A DNA stretch of 64,000 nt, from assembly GCF_024502345.1 (NCBI RefSeq), contig NZ_JALDNN010000001.1. One strand, written 5' to 3'. Every line of letters begins with the position of its first letter. Position 1 is the stretch's first letter. Position numbers and translations under genes: made by a program. The DNA comes from Escherichia coli. Lineage in GTDB: Bacteria; Pseudomonadota; Gammaproteobacteria; Enterobacterales; Enterobacteriaceae. Shown here one piece after another: positions 45,459 through 54,606 of the stretch. Below the pieces are notes generated by a model that saw only the letters and a program-made list of their open reading frames with translations, was not told the origin of the DNA and searched no databases.

Positions 45459-47143
45459 TGATTGAGACTTCTTTACCATGGCTGAGAGTCCAGCTCGGTG
45501 ACGTAGTTCCCTATGGTAAAACCGAAAAATGCGAATTATCTGACGTTACAGGTAACACTTGGGTACTTGAGCTCGAAGATATAGAAAAAGATAGCTCGAA
45601 GATCATACAACGGCTAGATGCAACTGCACGACCATTTAAAAGCACGAAAAATAAATTCCGTAAAGGAGATGTCCTTTACGGGAAACTGCGACCTTACTTA
45701 AATAAAGTTGTCATTGCGGACAGTTCTGGCGTTTGTTCGACTGAAATCATGCCTCTAAATGCTGAGCCATTTATTGACAATAGGTACCTCTTTTACTGGT
45801 TGAAAACTGAAGTTTTTATTGATTTTGTAAATTCTGTAAGCTACGGCGTGAATATGCCTCGACTCGGAACTAAAGATGGATTAGCTGCTCCATTTATTGT
45901 AGCTCCGCTTGCTGAGCAAAAAGTTATTGCCGATAAACTTGATACCTTGTTGGTGCAGGTGGATGCCATTAAGGCTCGCCTCGAACGCATCCCAGAAATC
46001 CTAAAAACCTTCCGCCAATCGATCCTCACCGCCGCAGTTAGTGGGAAGTTGACGGAGGGATGGCGATTAAAGAATAAACTCAGTAATGTAGTTGTAAAAC
46101 AAAATATCAATCTACCAAAATTAACCCCAAATGAACACTACCTCGAACATGTTGAAGGATGGCAATGGGTAAGACTGGGTTCTGTTGTTAGTCTAATAAA
46201 CGGCGATAGAGGAAAAAACTACCCTAATAAAAATGAATATGTTAAGGATGGAATACCGTTCATAAATACAGGGCATATTAATTCAGATGGAACACTTTCT
46301 GATGAACGCATGAATTTTATTTCCAAGGATAAGTTTGACTCCTTAAGTGGGGGAAAGACGAAATCAACAGATCTAGTTTATTGCCTCCGAGGTGCAACTA
46401 TGGGAAAAACTGCACGTGTCCACTACAAAATAGGGGCAATAGCATCCTCTCTTGTAATTATCCGACCGAGTGATTACATAGACAGAGATTTCGCATATTA
46501 TTTTCTTATTAGCCCTCCGGCTAAAGATTTAATTAATGAATTTGATAACGGATCCGCTCAGCCAAATCTATCTGCAAAGAGTTTGTCTACATACCCTTTA
46601 CAACTCCCTTCGTTTAAAGAACAAATCGAAATCGTCAGTCGCGTCGAAGAAATGTTCAACTTTTCATCTCTTGCCGAAGCAAAAGCTAAAACTGCATTAG
46701 AGCGTGTCAATAAAATTACTCAATCAATCCTAGCCAAAGCTTTCCGAGGCGAACTCACTGCAGATTGGCGCGCCGCCAACCCGGATTTAATCAGCGAAGA
46801 GAAAAGTGCTGAAGCTTTGCTGGAAAAAATTAAGGCAGAACGTGAAGCCATCGAAAAACAACCTAAGCCAACACGTTCCGTTATAAAAAAAAATACAGGT
46901 GGCCGTATGAGTAAACAGATTATCAAAGTGGTTGAAGCGCTAAAACAAGCGGGAAAACCGCTTAGTGGCCAACAATTGTTAGCTGCAGCTGGTTACCCTA
47001 GTGATAGCAGTACTGAGCAACTGGAACAGTTCTTTCTGGATATACGTGACGCTCTTACCATAGAAGAGTCCATTGTAAAGCTTGAGCGCGGTGGCGACAG
47101 TCAAGATTGGTTCGCCTTGGCTAATAATAAAGCAAAGAACTAA
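45458..47143 (+). CDS. hsdS: Type I restriction-modification specificity subunit with a ~115-aa C-terminal extension
   Basis: 561 aa. Two target-recognition domains are separated by conserved coiled-coil regions (LAEQKVIADKLDTLLVQVDAIKARLERI... and FKEQIEIVSRVEEMF...ILAKAFRGELT). The start overlaps the hsdM stop (TAATG). Confidence 0.9.
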   Translation: MIETSLPWLRVQLGDVVPYGKTEKCELSDVTGNTWVLELEDIEKDSSKIIQRLDATARPFKSTKNKFRKGDVLYGKLRPYLNKVVIADSSGVCSTEIMPLNAEPFIDNRYLFYWLKTEVFIDFVNSVSYGVNMPRLGTKDGLAAPFIVAPLAEQKVIADKLDTLLVQVDAIKARLERIPEILKTFRQSILTAAVSGKLTEGWRLKNKLSNVVVKQNINLPKLTPNEHYLEHVEGWQWVRLGSVVSLINGDRGKNYPNKNEYVKDGIPFINTGHINSDGTLSDERMNFISKDKFDSLSGGKTKSTDLVYCLRGATMGKTARVHYKIGAIASSLVIIRPSDYIDRDFAYYFLISPPAKDLINEFDNGSAQPNLSAKSLSTYPLQLPSFKEQIEIVSRVEEMFNFSSLAEAKAKTALERVNKITQSILAKAFRGELTADWRAANPDLISEEKSAEALLEKIKAEREAIEKQPKPTRSVIKKNTGGRMSKQIIKVVEALKQAGKPLSGQQLLAAAGYPSDSSTEQLEQFFLDIRDALTIEESIVKLERGGDSQDWFALANNKAKN

Positions 47144-47152
47144 GGACAGCCC

Positions 47153-48757
47153 ATGAAAGTCGACAAACTGCATATTCGCTCACGCTTTAAAAATCTTGAA
47201 AACGTGAAAGTGGACTTTGACGAAAACCACCTGATGACCGTTATCGTAGGCCGTAATGGTTCCGGTAAGTCCAATGTTCTAGAAGCCTTGGTTGCTATAT
47301 TTCGCAATCTTGATTTAGGTGAAGCACCAACATTTTCTTATGAGTTGGACTATCAACTAGGTGAGGAAGCCGGGGTTAAGTGGTATGACGTCAAGGTTGA
47401 TGCAGATCCAGACCGCGGAACGCTAGCAAAGCAATACCAAGTTTATGTCAAAGATAAACACGATAGCAAAGCGGATTTCAAGCTTACACCCTTCTCCAAA
47501 GTGAAACGCGATAAGAAAACCAAACAAGCAGAGTTTCTTCCTAACTTTCTATTCGCCTATTATTCCGGACCATCGGATAGATTAGAAAAATACTTTCGAA
47601 AGCATCGTGATGATTATTATCGAAACCTACTCTACAACAAGCTTGACTTGAAAGCAGATATTCGTTCTCTATTTTATGCCAAACCCTATCACAGTCAGTT
47701 TGTGCTCTTGGCATTTTTCCTGTCAGATGAAAATAGTCCTCAGCGCAAGTTTATTAAGGAGCATTTGGGTATTGAGGGATTGGACAGTATTCATTTTGTG
47801 ATGCGCCAACCTGAGTGGGCTAAGCTGAAGGGGGAATTATTCTGGGGAGCACAAGGTGTAGTTCGTCGCTTTTTGGATGAATTGATACAGCACACATTGT
47901 CACCGATAAAAGTAACTCGTCAAGAAGATACGTCGTTAACGGGTAGTTATATTCGAAATGAGTTCTTTCATCTATTTTTACCTGACGTAAACGCACTACA
48001 TGAATTTGCTAGAGATCTCAGTGCTGACGAACTGTTTAAAATGCTTGAAAGCACTCTGCTGTCAGAAATTATCTCTGAGGTTAGCATACGGGTGAAAGTA
48101 ACCAGCAGCAGGGAGCCTCTCACTTTCCGTGAACTTAGCGAAGGTGAACAACAGCTATTAACCGTATTGGGCTTACTCTGGTTCACCGGTGGTAAAGATT
48201 CCTTATTTTTACTCGACGAACCTGATACCCACCTTAATCCGTCATGGGCCGTTAAATACCTTAAATTCCTGCGTGAATTCGTACCCAATCATGAAACCAG
48301 CCATTTACTAATGGTCACACACCATCCTTTAGCTATTGCCGAGCTGAAGAAACAACAAGTACAAGTCATGTGGCGTGACGATGAAAATAATGTTCACTCA
48401 CAAGAGCCTTATATAGATCCTCGTGGCGCTGGCTTTATGGCCACACTTACTGAGATTTTTGGTCTAAATACAACACTGGATCTGGAAACCCAAAAGTTAT
48501 TGGACGATAGGAACGAACTAGCCCATATCGAAAATCGAACAGAAGATCAGAACAACCAGCTTGACCTTCTTAATGATGAGTTAAACAGACTAGGATTTTC
48601 ACTTGAAAACAGGGACCCGTTATACAGCGAGTTTCTTTTAGCATGGCAAGACCTAAGATACAGCGATAAACCACCACTAACACCGGATAAAGCGGCTCAG
48701 AGACGAGCTGCTATGAAAAATGTAATTGAGGCGCTTAAAGCTAAGAAGGGTTGCTAA
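47153..48757 (+). CDS. ABC/SMC-like AAA ATPase (AAA_15/AAA_21 type; Septu PtuA-like)
   Basis: 534 aa. Motifs are Walker A GRNGSGKS, signature-like LSEGEQQL, Walker B LFLLDEPDTHL and H-loop VTHHP. It starts 9 nt after the hsdS stop, behind an AAGGA SD. Confidence 0.8.
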   Translation: MKVDKLHIRSRFKNLENVKVDFDENHLMTVIVGRNGSGKSNVLEALVAIFRNLDLGEAPTFSYELDYQLGEEAGVKWYDVKVDADPDRGTLAKQYQVYVKDKHDSKADFKLTPFSKVKRDKKTKQAEFLPNFLFAYYSGPSDRLEKYFRKHRDDYYRNLLYNKLDLKADIRSLFYAKPYHSQFVLLAFFLSDENSPQRKFIKEHLGIEGLDSIHFVMRQPEWAKLKGELFWGAQGVVRRFLDELIQHTLSPIKVTRQEDTSLTGSYIRNEFFHLFLPDVNALHEFARDLSADELFKMLESTLLSEIISEVSIRVKVTSSREPLTFRELSEGEQQLLTVLGLLWFTGGKDSLFLLDEPDTHLNPSWAVKYLKFLREFVPNHETSHLLMVTHHPLAIAELKKQQVQVMWRDDENNVHSQEPYIDPRGAGFMATLTEIFGLNTTLDLETQKLLDDRNELAHIENRTEDQNNQLDLLNDELNRLGFSLENRDPLYSEFLLAWQDLRYSDKPPLTPDKAAQRRAAMKNVIEALKAKKGC

Positions 48758-49599
48758 TGATTTACATCAAACGAGACGCCACGCTAATTCCTGCAAAGGT
48801 ACTTGCCGTTGCCCAACGCGCGCAAGATGCTCTGGAACAGCTTCCCGCTGAGCAGAGGAAAGGTTTCATCAAGAAAAAGTCTCATATATGGAGAGGCTTT
48901 TCTAAATACCTAGCCCAAATGTCTTATGGGAAGTGCTGGTATTCAGAAGCTAAAGATGCAGGTGCAAATTTCGATGTAGATCATTTCCGACCTAAGGCTG
49001 AAGCAAAGAGGACAGAAGATTTGGTCGATGCGGATGGTTATGCGTGGCTCGCATTTGATTGGGAAAACTTCAGGCTTTCTGCTCAGAATTGTAACCGTTT
49101 AAACACAGATGAATCAGGTAACACGGTAGGAAAAGGCAGTTGGTTCCCGCTGCTAGATGGTAGCCCTAAAGCCTGCTGGGATAATCGCTGTATTAACGAT
49201 GAAAAAGTCACTTTGCTAGACCCTGTAGTTAAAGCTGACCTCACCTATATAGACTACGACGACAGCGGTAGATTTACTTCAAGTAAGCTCTGCGTTGGTA
49301 AGGCAGCATTAAGGGTTAGGCAATCTGGCATTATTTATGGCCTCAATTTGGAGAAAATGCGTGAAGCACGATTTCAGGTTATGAGGGAGGCTAAAGAACT
49401 CCTTGAAACTATTCACCAATGTGCCGAAGACTTAGACCCTCTGGGCAATGAAGCCCCCATGAGAACTATTGAACGACAAATAGAACAACTCCAATCCAGA
49501 ACCCGGGCCGATGCACCATTTAGCCGTGCAGTAAGAACACAACTGATAAAACTCGGTGCAGAGGATTACTTAATTGATCGAAGTTTGGATGCAGCCTAG
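48757..49599 (+). CDS. HNH/His-Me-finger nuclease-like protein (TIGR02646/PtuB-like)
   Basis: ~280 aa. CWYSE...DVDHFRPK...WENFRLSAQNCNRLN fits the HNH layout (catalytic His in DHFRP, downstream Asn residues), with partly degenerate zinc ligands. The ATG at 48757 overlaps the ATPase stop (TAATG); the track ORF begins at a TTG at 48751. Confidence 0.7.
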   Translation: MIYIKRDATLIPAKVLAVAQRAQDALEQLPAEQRKGFIKKKSHIWRGFSKYLAQMSYGKCWYSEAKDAGANFDVDHFRPKAEAKRTEDLVDADGYAWLAFDWENFRLSAQNCNRLNTDESGNTVGKGSWFPLLDGSPKACWDNRCINDEKVTLLDPVVKADLTYIDYDDSGRFTSSKLCVGKAALRVRQSGIIYGLNLEKMREARFQVMREAKELLETIHQCAEDLDPLGNEAPMRTIERQIEQLQSRTRADAPFSRAVRTQLIKLGAEDYLIDRSLDAA

Positions 49600-49770
49600 T
49601 TGTTTATCTTTCTGATAATGGGGTTGTCCGTTAGCCAACCTGATATATTGCTTAAAGGGCTTGCCCGATGAGTGAGCCTTTGACGGGGCTTGATATGAAT
49701 TTGCGTAGAAGTTTTGGTATACTGTTTAAACGATGTCTTTCAGCCCAGATTCAACTTCTTAGGAGTGATT

Positions 49771-49941
49771 ATGAGCACCCACAAAAAAACTCAGGCAAGC
49801 TACGCTAAGCCATCTCGTGCTGACATTGTTCGCTCAGTAGCAACATCTACGGCTGTTGAAACAGGGCAGTCCTCCGCGAAGATCGAAGCTTCACTTGAAG
49901 CCACGCGCAAAAAATTTGCTCATTTGCGTCTTGCGGTTTAA
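49771..49941 (+). CDS. Small hypothetical protein (56 aa), possible Fic-associated antitoxin-like peptide
   Basis: The ATG at 49771 is preceded by a strong SD (AGGAGTGATTATG), with an extended -10-like TGGTATACT at 49715-49723. It contains S-x-x-x-E elements (STAVETG, SAKIEA). Its stop overlaps the stop of the convergent fic gene. Confidence 0.4.
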   Translation: MSTHKKTQASYAKPSRADIVRSVATSTAVETGQSSAKIEASLEATRKKFAHLRLAV

Positions 49942-50555
49942 TCCCTTCTTAATGCTTCTCGCACCCAGTGTTTCATCGGCTCATAGTCCATTGATATGCC
50001 AGCATGGATGGCCGATATATACTGAGTTTTGTTTTGCTCCCAGCTTTGATAATCCAGCGGTTTGTATCCTCCCTGAACGGCCATCACGTCGGCTAGCAGT
50101 CGCGACAGGCGTCCGTTTCCCTCTCTGAATGGATGGATAAGTATTATCTCTACATGGGTTATGGCGATAGCGGTGATGAGTTGTTCTTCGTCCATGCCGC
50201 TACACGGTGTGTATTGAGCCAGATACTTAGTGTCGAATTCGTTCAGCAGTTTTGGCACCTGCGCTGAGGGGGCAAACATAAAGCCGCCTTTGCTAATATT
50301 CACCGCTCTTTCTTGTCCAGCCCACTCGTAGATGTTACCTAACCAGCGGCGATGCCAGCTTTTTAGCATGGCTACGCTGAGCTGTCCTTCCGGGAACTGC
50401 TCTTCAAAAACAGACTGGTAGAGTTGTTCTAACAGGACAAGTTCAGCCTCATCCATCTCATCAGAAGTCGCAATCCCCAGCTTATTAGCCAAAACCTGCT
50501 CGCCAGAGTCTTTCTCATACTGGCCTTCACTGCTGGATACATGGTATCGGCTCAT
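49938..50555 (-). CDS. fic: Fic/DOC-family protein (putative AMPylase)
   Basis: 205 aa with the canonical Fic motif HPFREGNGRLSR. Confidence 0.88.
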   Translation of the reverse strand: MSRYHVSSSEGQYEKDSGEQVLANKLGIATSDEMDEAELVLLEQLYQSVFEEQFPEGQLSVAMLKSWHRRWLGNIYEWAGQERAVNISKGGFMFAPSAQVPKLLNEFDTKYLAQYTPCSGMDEEQLITAIAITHVEIILIHPFREGNGRLSRLLADVMAVQGGYKPLDYQSWEQNKTQYISAIHAGISMDYEPMKHWVREALRRD

Positions 50556-50654
50556 GGAGATGCCCTGTGTTATTAGAAGGAGGGGAAAACAGAGAGAGTA
50601 TAACGCTGGATGAGTACAGCAAACAATATTCTTAAAATCAGATAGTTACAAAAG

Positions 50655-50670
50655 TGTAGGTTAAAATGTA
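50655..50670. repeat. Right copy of the island-flanking direct repeat (candidate attR core), TGTAGGTTAAAATGTA
   Basis: 15 of 16 positions identical to 29984-29999. It lies between the last island gene (fic) and backbone ygbA. Confidence 0.55.
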
Positions 50671-51053
50671 TTTTTTATTCTCTGGTGGAAAATAATCTTT
50701 AATAATCAGCATTAACACACCAATGCATCATGGGCGTATGGGCGTCGAAATTTTCTATTGCACTCATGGGGTTATGTCCGGTTCCCTGATATTAAATGGG
50801 GTGTGATGGTTTTTATTTTCGTTGTAATCACATAAGGCGCACATGATACCGGAGTTAATCATTTCAGGGGAAGAAGCGAACGGCGAGTTCTTGATGTTGG
50901 TTCCGGGAAAGATGCTGTTTTGCAGCTTTTGCGTGATGCTTATGAAGCAAGTACGCAAAATTGCGTCGGTTGAATAAACCTCCTCCTTCAGAGCCATAGT
51001 CCCCTTTCAAATTAAGTTGTAGTATAAATACACCTTAAGAGTATGGAGGCAGT

Positions 51054-51407
51054 ATGTCCGGCAAGCGTATCTCTCGTGAAAAACTGACGATTAAAAAAAT
51101 GATCGATCTTTATCAAGCGAAATGCCCGCAGGCGTCAGCGGAGCCGGAGCATTACGAGGCGTTGTTTGTTTACGCGCAAAAGCGGCTGGATAAATGTGTG
51201 TTCGGCGAAGAGAAACCAGCCTGTAAGCAGTGTCCGGTGCACTGTTACCAGCCTGCAAAGCGTGAAGAGATGAAACAGATTATGCGTTGGGCCGGGCCGA
51301 GAATGCTGTGGCGTCATCCGATCTTAACCGTGCGTCATCTCATCGATGACAAGCGTCCGGTGCCAGAACTGCCGGAAAAATATCGTCCGAAAAAACCTCG
51401 TGAATAG
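51054..51407 (+). CDS. ygbA: Nitrous oxide-stimulated promoter family protein YgbA
   Basis: 117 aa, Cys-rich (CPQ...CKQCPVHC), in the backbone position next to fhlA. Confidence 0.88.
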   Translation: MSGKRISREKLTIKKMIDLYQAKCPQASAEPEHYEALFVYAQKRLDKCVFGEEKPACKQCPVHCYQPAKREEMKQIMRWAGPRMLWRHPILTVRHLIDDKRPVPELPEKYRPKKPRE

Positions 51408-51410
51408 TAT

Positions 51411-51434
51411 GCCGGACAGTCAGATCTGTCCGGC
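51411..51434. terminator. Bidirectional hairpin between convergent ygbA and fhlA
   Basis: GCCGGACAG-TCAGAT-CTGTCCGGC perfect 9-bp stem. Confidence 0.6.
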
Positions 51435-51443
51435 AATTTGCAG

Positions 51444-53522
51444 TTAAATCAATGCCGATTTATCAATTCCCAGTCGCTTCATCCGTGACAGCAGGGTCGT
51501 GCGTTTCAGCCCCAGACGTTGCGCAGCGCCTTTAGGCCCGGCAACCACGCCGTTAGTTTCTTTCAGCACGCGAACAATCAACTGATATTCATCTTCGCCC
51601 TCCTGAGCGACAACCGTTGCGGCAGGCGGCGTTTCAGGCTCCGGTAAAGCAATATCTGGCAATGACAACTGCAGCACGTTGCCGCGTGTTAGCAATACCG
51701 CGCGCTCAATGACGTTTTCCAGTTCGCGTACGTTACCCGGCCACTCCATATTGCTCAAGGTGCGCAACGTCTCGGCAGGAATGCTGTCGATATTGCGCCC
51801 CAGACGACGGGCAATTTTGAAGGTAAAGGCTTTCGCCAGCAGCGGAATATCTTCCGGACGCTCGCGTAGTGGCGGAAGGTGAATCGGGAATACGTTCAGG
51901 CGGTAATAGAGATCGCTACGGAACTCACGGTCGGCGACCATTTTTTTCAGATCGCGGTTAGTCGCGGCAATTAAACGTACGTCCGTCTGAATGATTTTGT
52001 TGCTGCCGAGACGTTCAAACTCCTGTTCCTGCAATACACGCAGCAACTTCGGCTGTAACTCCAGTGGCATATCGCCCACTTCGTCGAGGAACAGGGAGCT
52101 TTTATCCGCCAGTTCAAAACGACCAATGCGCTGGGCGCTGGCACCGGTAAAAGCCCCACGCTCATGACCAAACAGATCGCTTTCCAGTAATCCGGCAGGC
52201 ATCGCCGCGCAGTTCATTTTGACCATGCGGCGATTATTACGCCCACTGAGATTATGGATCGCGCGGGCAATCAGCTCTTTACCCGTGCCAGTTTCACCGA
52301 GGATCAGCACGGTACTGTCACTTTGCGCCACCATTTCAACTTGTTTAAGCACGCTGTACATGGCTTCGCTGCGGCCAATAATCTCGCCAAATTCACTATC
52401 AACATTGTTGAGCTGCTCGGTCAGGGCGAGGTTTTCATCAACCAGCCGTTCTTTCAGACGATGGATTTCCTGATAGGCGAGGGCGTTATCGACAGCGATT
52501 GCCACACGTTCGGCAATCTGGCGCAGTAAATTCAGATTGGTAGTGGTAAACACTTTCTCTTCGCATTGCGCCAGTTTCAGCACGCCCAGCATGGTGTCGC
52601 CAGACATCAGCGGTAACAGGCACAAGGTTTGAATCTGGTTGCCCCAGGTGTCGAACAACATGCGTTCATAGGGGGCTAAATCGTCCCGCTCGTGGAGATT
52701 GATCAGCAGCATCTCTTTACTTTTGAACACGCGTTCGGTGAGGGTTCCGGCTTCATCGACTTCGCTCTGTTCGTGGGCGGGATGTTGTTTATCAAGATAG
52801 TGAGTGGAGTAGATGTTGAGTTTGTTTTTACGGTGGCTGCGTAAGACAATGCTGATATCGTCAATGTCGAAATAGTAATGGATTTCTTTGGCGACTTCGC
52901 TGACCAGTTCGTCCATATCCAGGCGGGAAAGCACCGCGTTGGTGATGGCGACCAGGATGCGGAAGTTATCGCGTTCCCGGCATAACAACTCATAGTCGAC
53001 ATTGTTAACGACGCGACTCTGGATTTGTTCGGTGATGACAGAAACGATCTGCGTAAATGTTTGCAGACGATTGAACTCTTTTTCGCTCCAGGGGCGATCG
53101 TCATAACGAATAAATTCACAGCCACCAAAAATATGCCCTTCCGCCGCCAGTGGCATCAGGCAATAGTGACCAAATTTTGGGTATAGCCCACCTGCGGCCA
53201 GCTGCGGCCAGGTTTCACAAAATTCTTCGTAACTGCAATGCAGCGTATCAGGGCGCGACAAAATGCTGCGTACCGGACCGTGTGCCAGAACAGTTTCGTC
53301 TTCATATTTAATGGGGGTGTCTTTTTCACGCGATGCGTAATAAGACGCACGTTGAGTCTGCGCTTGCCACAACACAATAGCCGCGTTGTCGGCGAGCGCA
53401 GAACGCTTTACCAGTTGCGAAAGAGCCTCACACAGCGAGGCCAGATCGGGCTGCTGCAATAGTGTCCGAGTGATGTCGAACAACCCTTGCTGTCCGAGAT
53501 CACTCATCGGTGTATATGACAT
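51444..53522 (-). CDS. fhlA: Formate hydrogenlyase transcriptional activator (sigma-54 enhancer-binding protein)
   Basis: The start at 53522 gives 692 aa, MSYTPMSDLGQQGLFDITRTLLQQ.... It has GAF domains, an AAA+ core (GETGTGKE, GAFTGA) and a C-terminal HTH. Confidence 0.96.
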   Translation of the reverse strand: MSYTPMSDLGQQGLFDITRTLLQQPDLASLCEALSQLVKRSALADNAAIVLWQAQTQRASYYASREKDTPIKYEDETVLAHGPVRSILSRPDTLHCSYEEFCETWPQLAAGGLYPKFGHYCLMPLAAEGHIFGGCEFIRYDDRPWSEKEFNRLQTFTQIVSVITEQIQSRVVNNVDYELLCRERDNFRILVAITNAVLSRLDMDELVSEVAKEIHYYFDIDDISIVLRSHRKNKLNIYSTHYLDKQHPAHEQSEVDEAGTLTERVFKSKEMLLINLHERDDLAPYERMLFDTWGNQIQTLCLLPLMSGDTMLGVLKLAQCEEKVFTTTNLNLLRQIAERVAIAVDNALAYQEIHRLKERLVDENLALTEQLNNVDSEFGEIIGRSEAMYSVLKQVEMVAQSDSTVLILGETGTGKELIARAIHNLSGRNNRRMVKMNCAAMPAGLLESDLFGHERGAFTGASAQRIGRFELADKSSLFLDEVGDMPLELQPKLLRVLQEQEFERLGSNKIIQTDVRLIAATNRDLKKMVADREFRSDLYYRLNVFPIHLPPLRERPEDIPLLAKAFTFKIARRLGRNIDSIPAETLRTLSNMEWPGNVRELENVIERAVLLTRGNVLQLSLPDIALPEPETPPAATVVAQEGEDEYQLIVRVLKETNGVVAGPKGAAQRLGLKRTTLLSRMKRLGIDKSALI

Positions 53523-53595
53523 TTTGTTCTTCCAGGAAAGCACCGCAAAGCGGTGCAAAAGGTCATTGACTAACTATAGGAGATTTAGAATTTTA

Positions 53596-54606
53596 TTAGC
53601 ATATACGCGGAAGCGGTTCGGCGTGTGGTAAATCGAGGGTTCGTTTCACGCCATACAGACCGGCAAGACGAACACCTTTACGTTCCACCACTTCACCAAT
53701 CAGCGCCGCGTCTTTCCCCAGTGGATGGGAATGTAACGCTGCCAGCACTTGCTCTGCCGCGTTGCGTTCAACGGCGATCACCAGTTTGCCTTCGTTGGCA
53801 AAGTTCAGGGCGTCCAGTCCCAGCAGTTCGCAAACGCCGCGCACGGCTGGTTTAACCGGCAGTGCCGCTTCTGAAATTTCAATACCACAACCGCAGGCTG
53901 CCGCGAACTCATGTACCACCGCGTTTACACCACCACGGGTGGCATCACGCAGCGCTTTCACGCCGGGAATGTCACGCAGCGTCTGAATAAGCGGCGTTAG
54001 TACCGCGCAGTCGCTGACCAGTTCGCCATCCAGCCCCAGCTGCTCACGCAAGTTAAGGATAGTCGCCCCGTGGTCGCCGAGTGTACCGCTAACCAGTAAT
54101 ACATCGCCTGCGGTTAGCGTCTGTGCGCCCCAGTGAATATTCGCCGGAATTGCGCCCATGCCAGCGGTGTTGATAAACAGTTTATCTGCCGCGCCGCGCT
54201 GCACCACTTTAGTATCGCCAGTGACGATGGCAATGCCTGCCGCGCGCGCGGTTTCTGCCATGCTGGTCACTACGGCTTTCAGTGTCTCCATCGGCAATCC
54301 TTCTTCGAGGATAAAGCCACAGGAGAGATAGCGCGGAATGGCACCACTGACCGCAACGTCATTGGCTGTGCCGCAAATCGCCAGCTTGCCGATATTACCG
54401 CCAGGAAAGAACAGCGGGTCAATGACGTAACTGTCGGTGGAGAACGCCAGACGGTCGCCTTCCGCTACCAGCTGCGCCAGATCAAGACGAGCCTGATCTT
54501 CCTGCTCTGCCAGCCACGGGTTGGCAAAGGCTTCCATAAACAGACTGTTGATTAATTGCTGCATCGCCTGGCCGCCGCTGCCGTGGGCGAGTTGGATATT
54601 ATTCAC
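53596..54606 (-). CDS. hypE: Hydrogenase maturation carbamoyl dehydratase
   Basis: 336 aa ending in PRIC, matching HypE. Confidence 0.96.
   Translation of the reverse strand: MNNIQLAHGSGGQAMQQLINSLFMEAFANPWLAEQEDQARLDLAQLVAEGDRLAFSTDSYVIDPLFFPGGNIGKLAICGTANDVAVSGAIPRYLSCGFILEEGLPMETLKAVVTSMAETARAAGIAIVTGDTKVVQRGAADKLFINTAGMGAIPANIHWGAQTLTAGDVLLVSGTLGDHGATILNLREQLGLDGELVSDCAVLTPLIQTLRDIPGVKALRDATRGGVNAVVHEFAAACGCGIEISEAALPVKPAVRGVCELLGLDALNFANEGKLVIAVERNAAEQVLAALHSHPLGKDAALIGEVVERKGVRLAGLYGVKRTLDLPHAEPLPRIC

Noticed and set aside
47153-49599. I considered calling the ATPase plus second gene a PARIS (AriA/AriB) or OLD/Gabija-type system.
   Set aside because: The partner protein shows an HNH-type DHFRP...N...N pattern, not a DUF4435/TOPRIM signature. 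The ATPase also has no fused TOPRIM domain. Septu-like is the better fit, pending HMM confirmation.
50764-50997. A 77-aa minus-strand ORF between the island end and ygbA.
   Set aside because: It lies in what appears to be native mutS-ygbA intergenic DNA. It has no SD and no recognisable motif, and the translation is Cys- and Asn-rich. There is not enough support to call it a gene.
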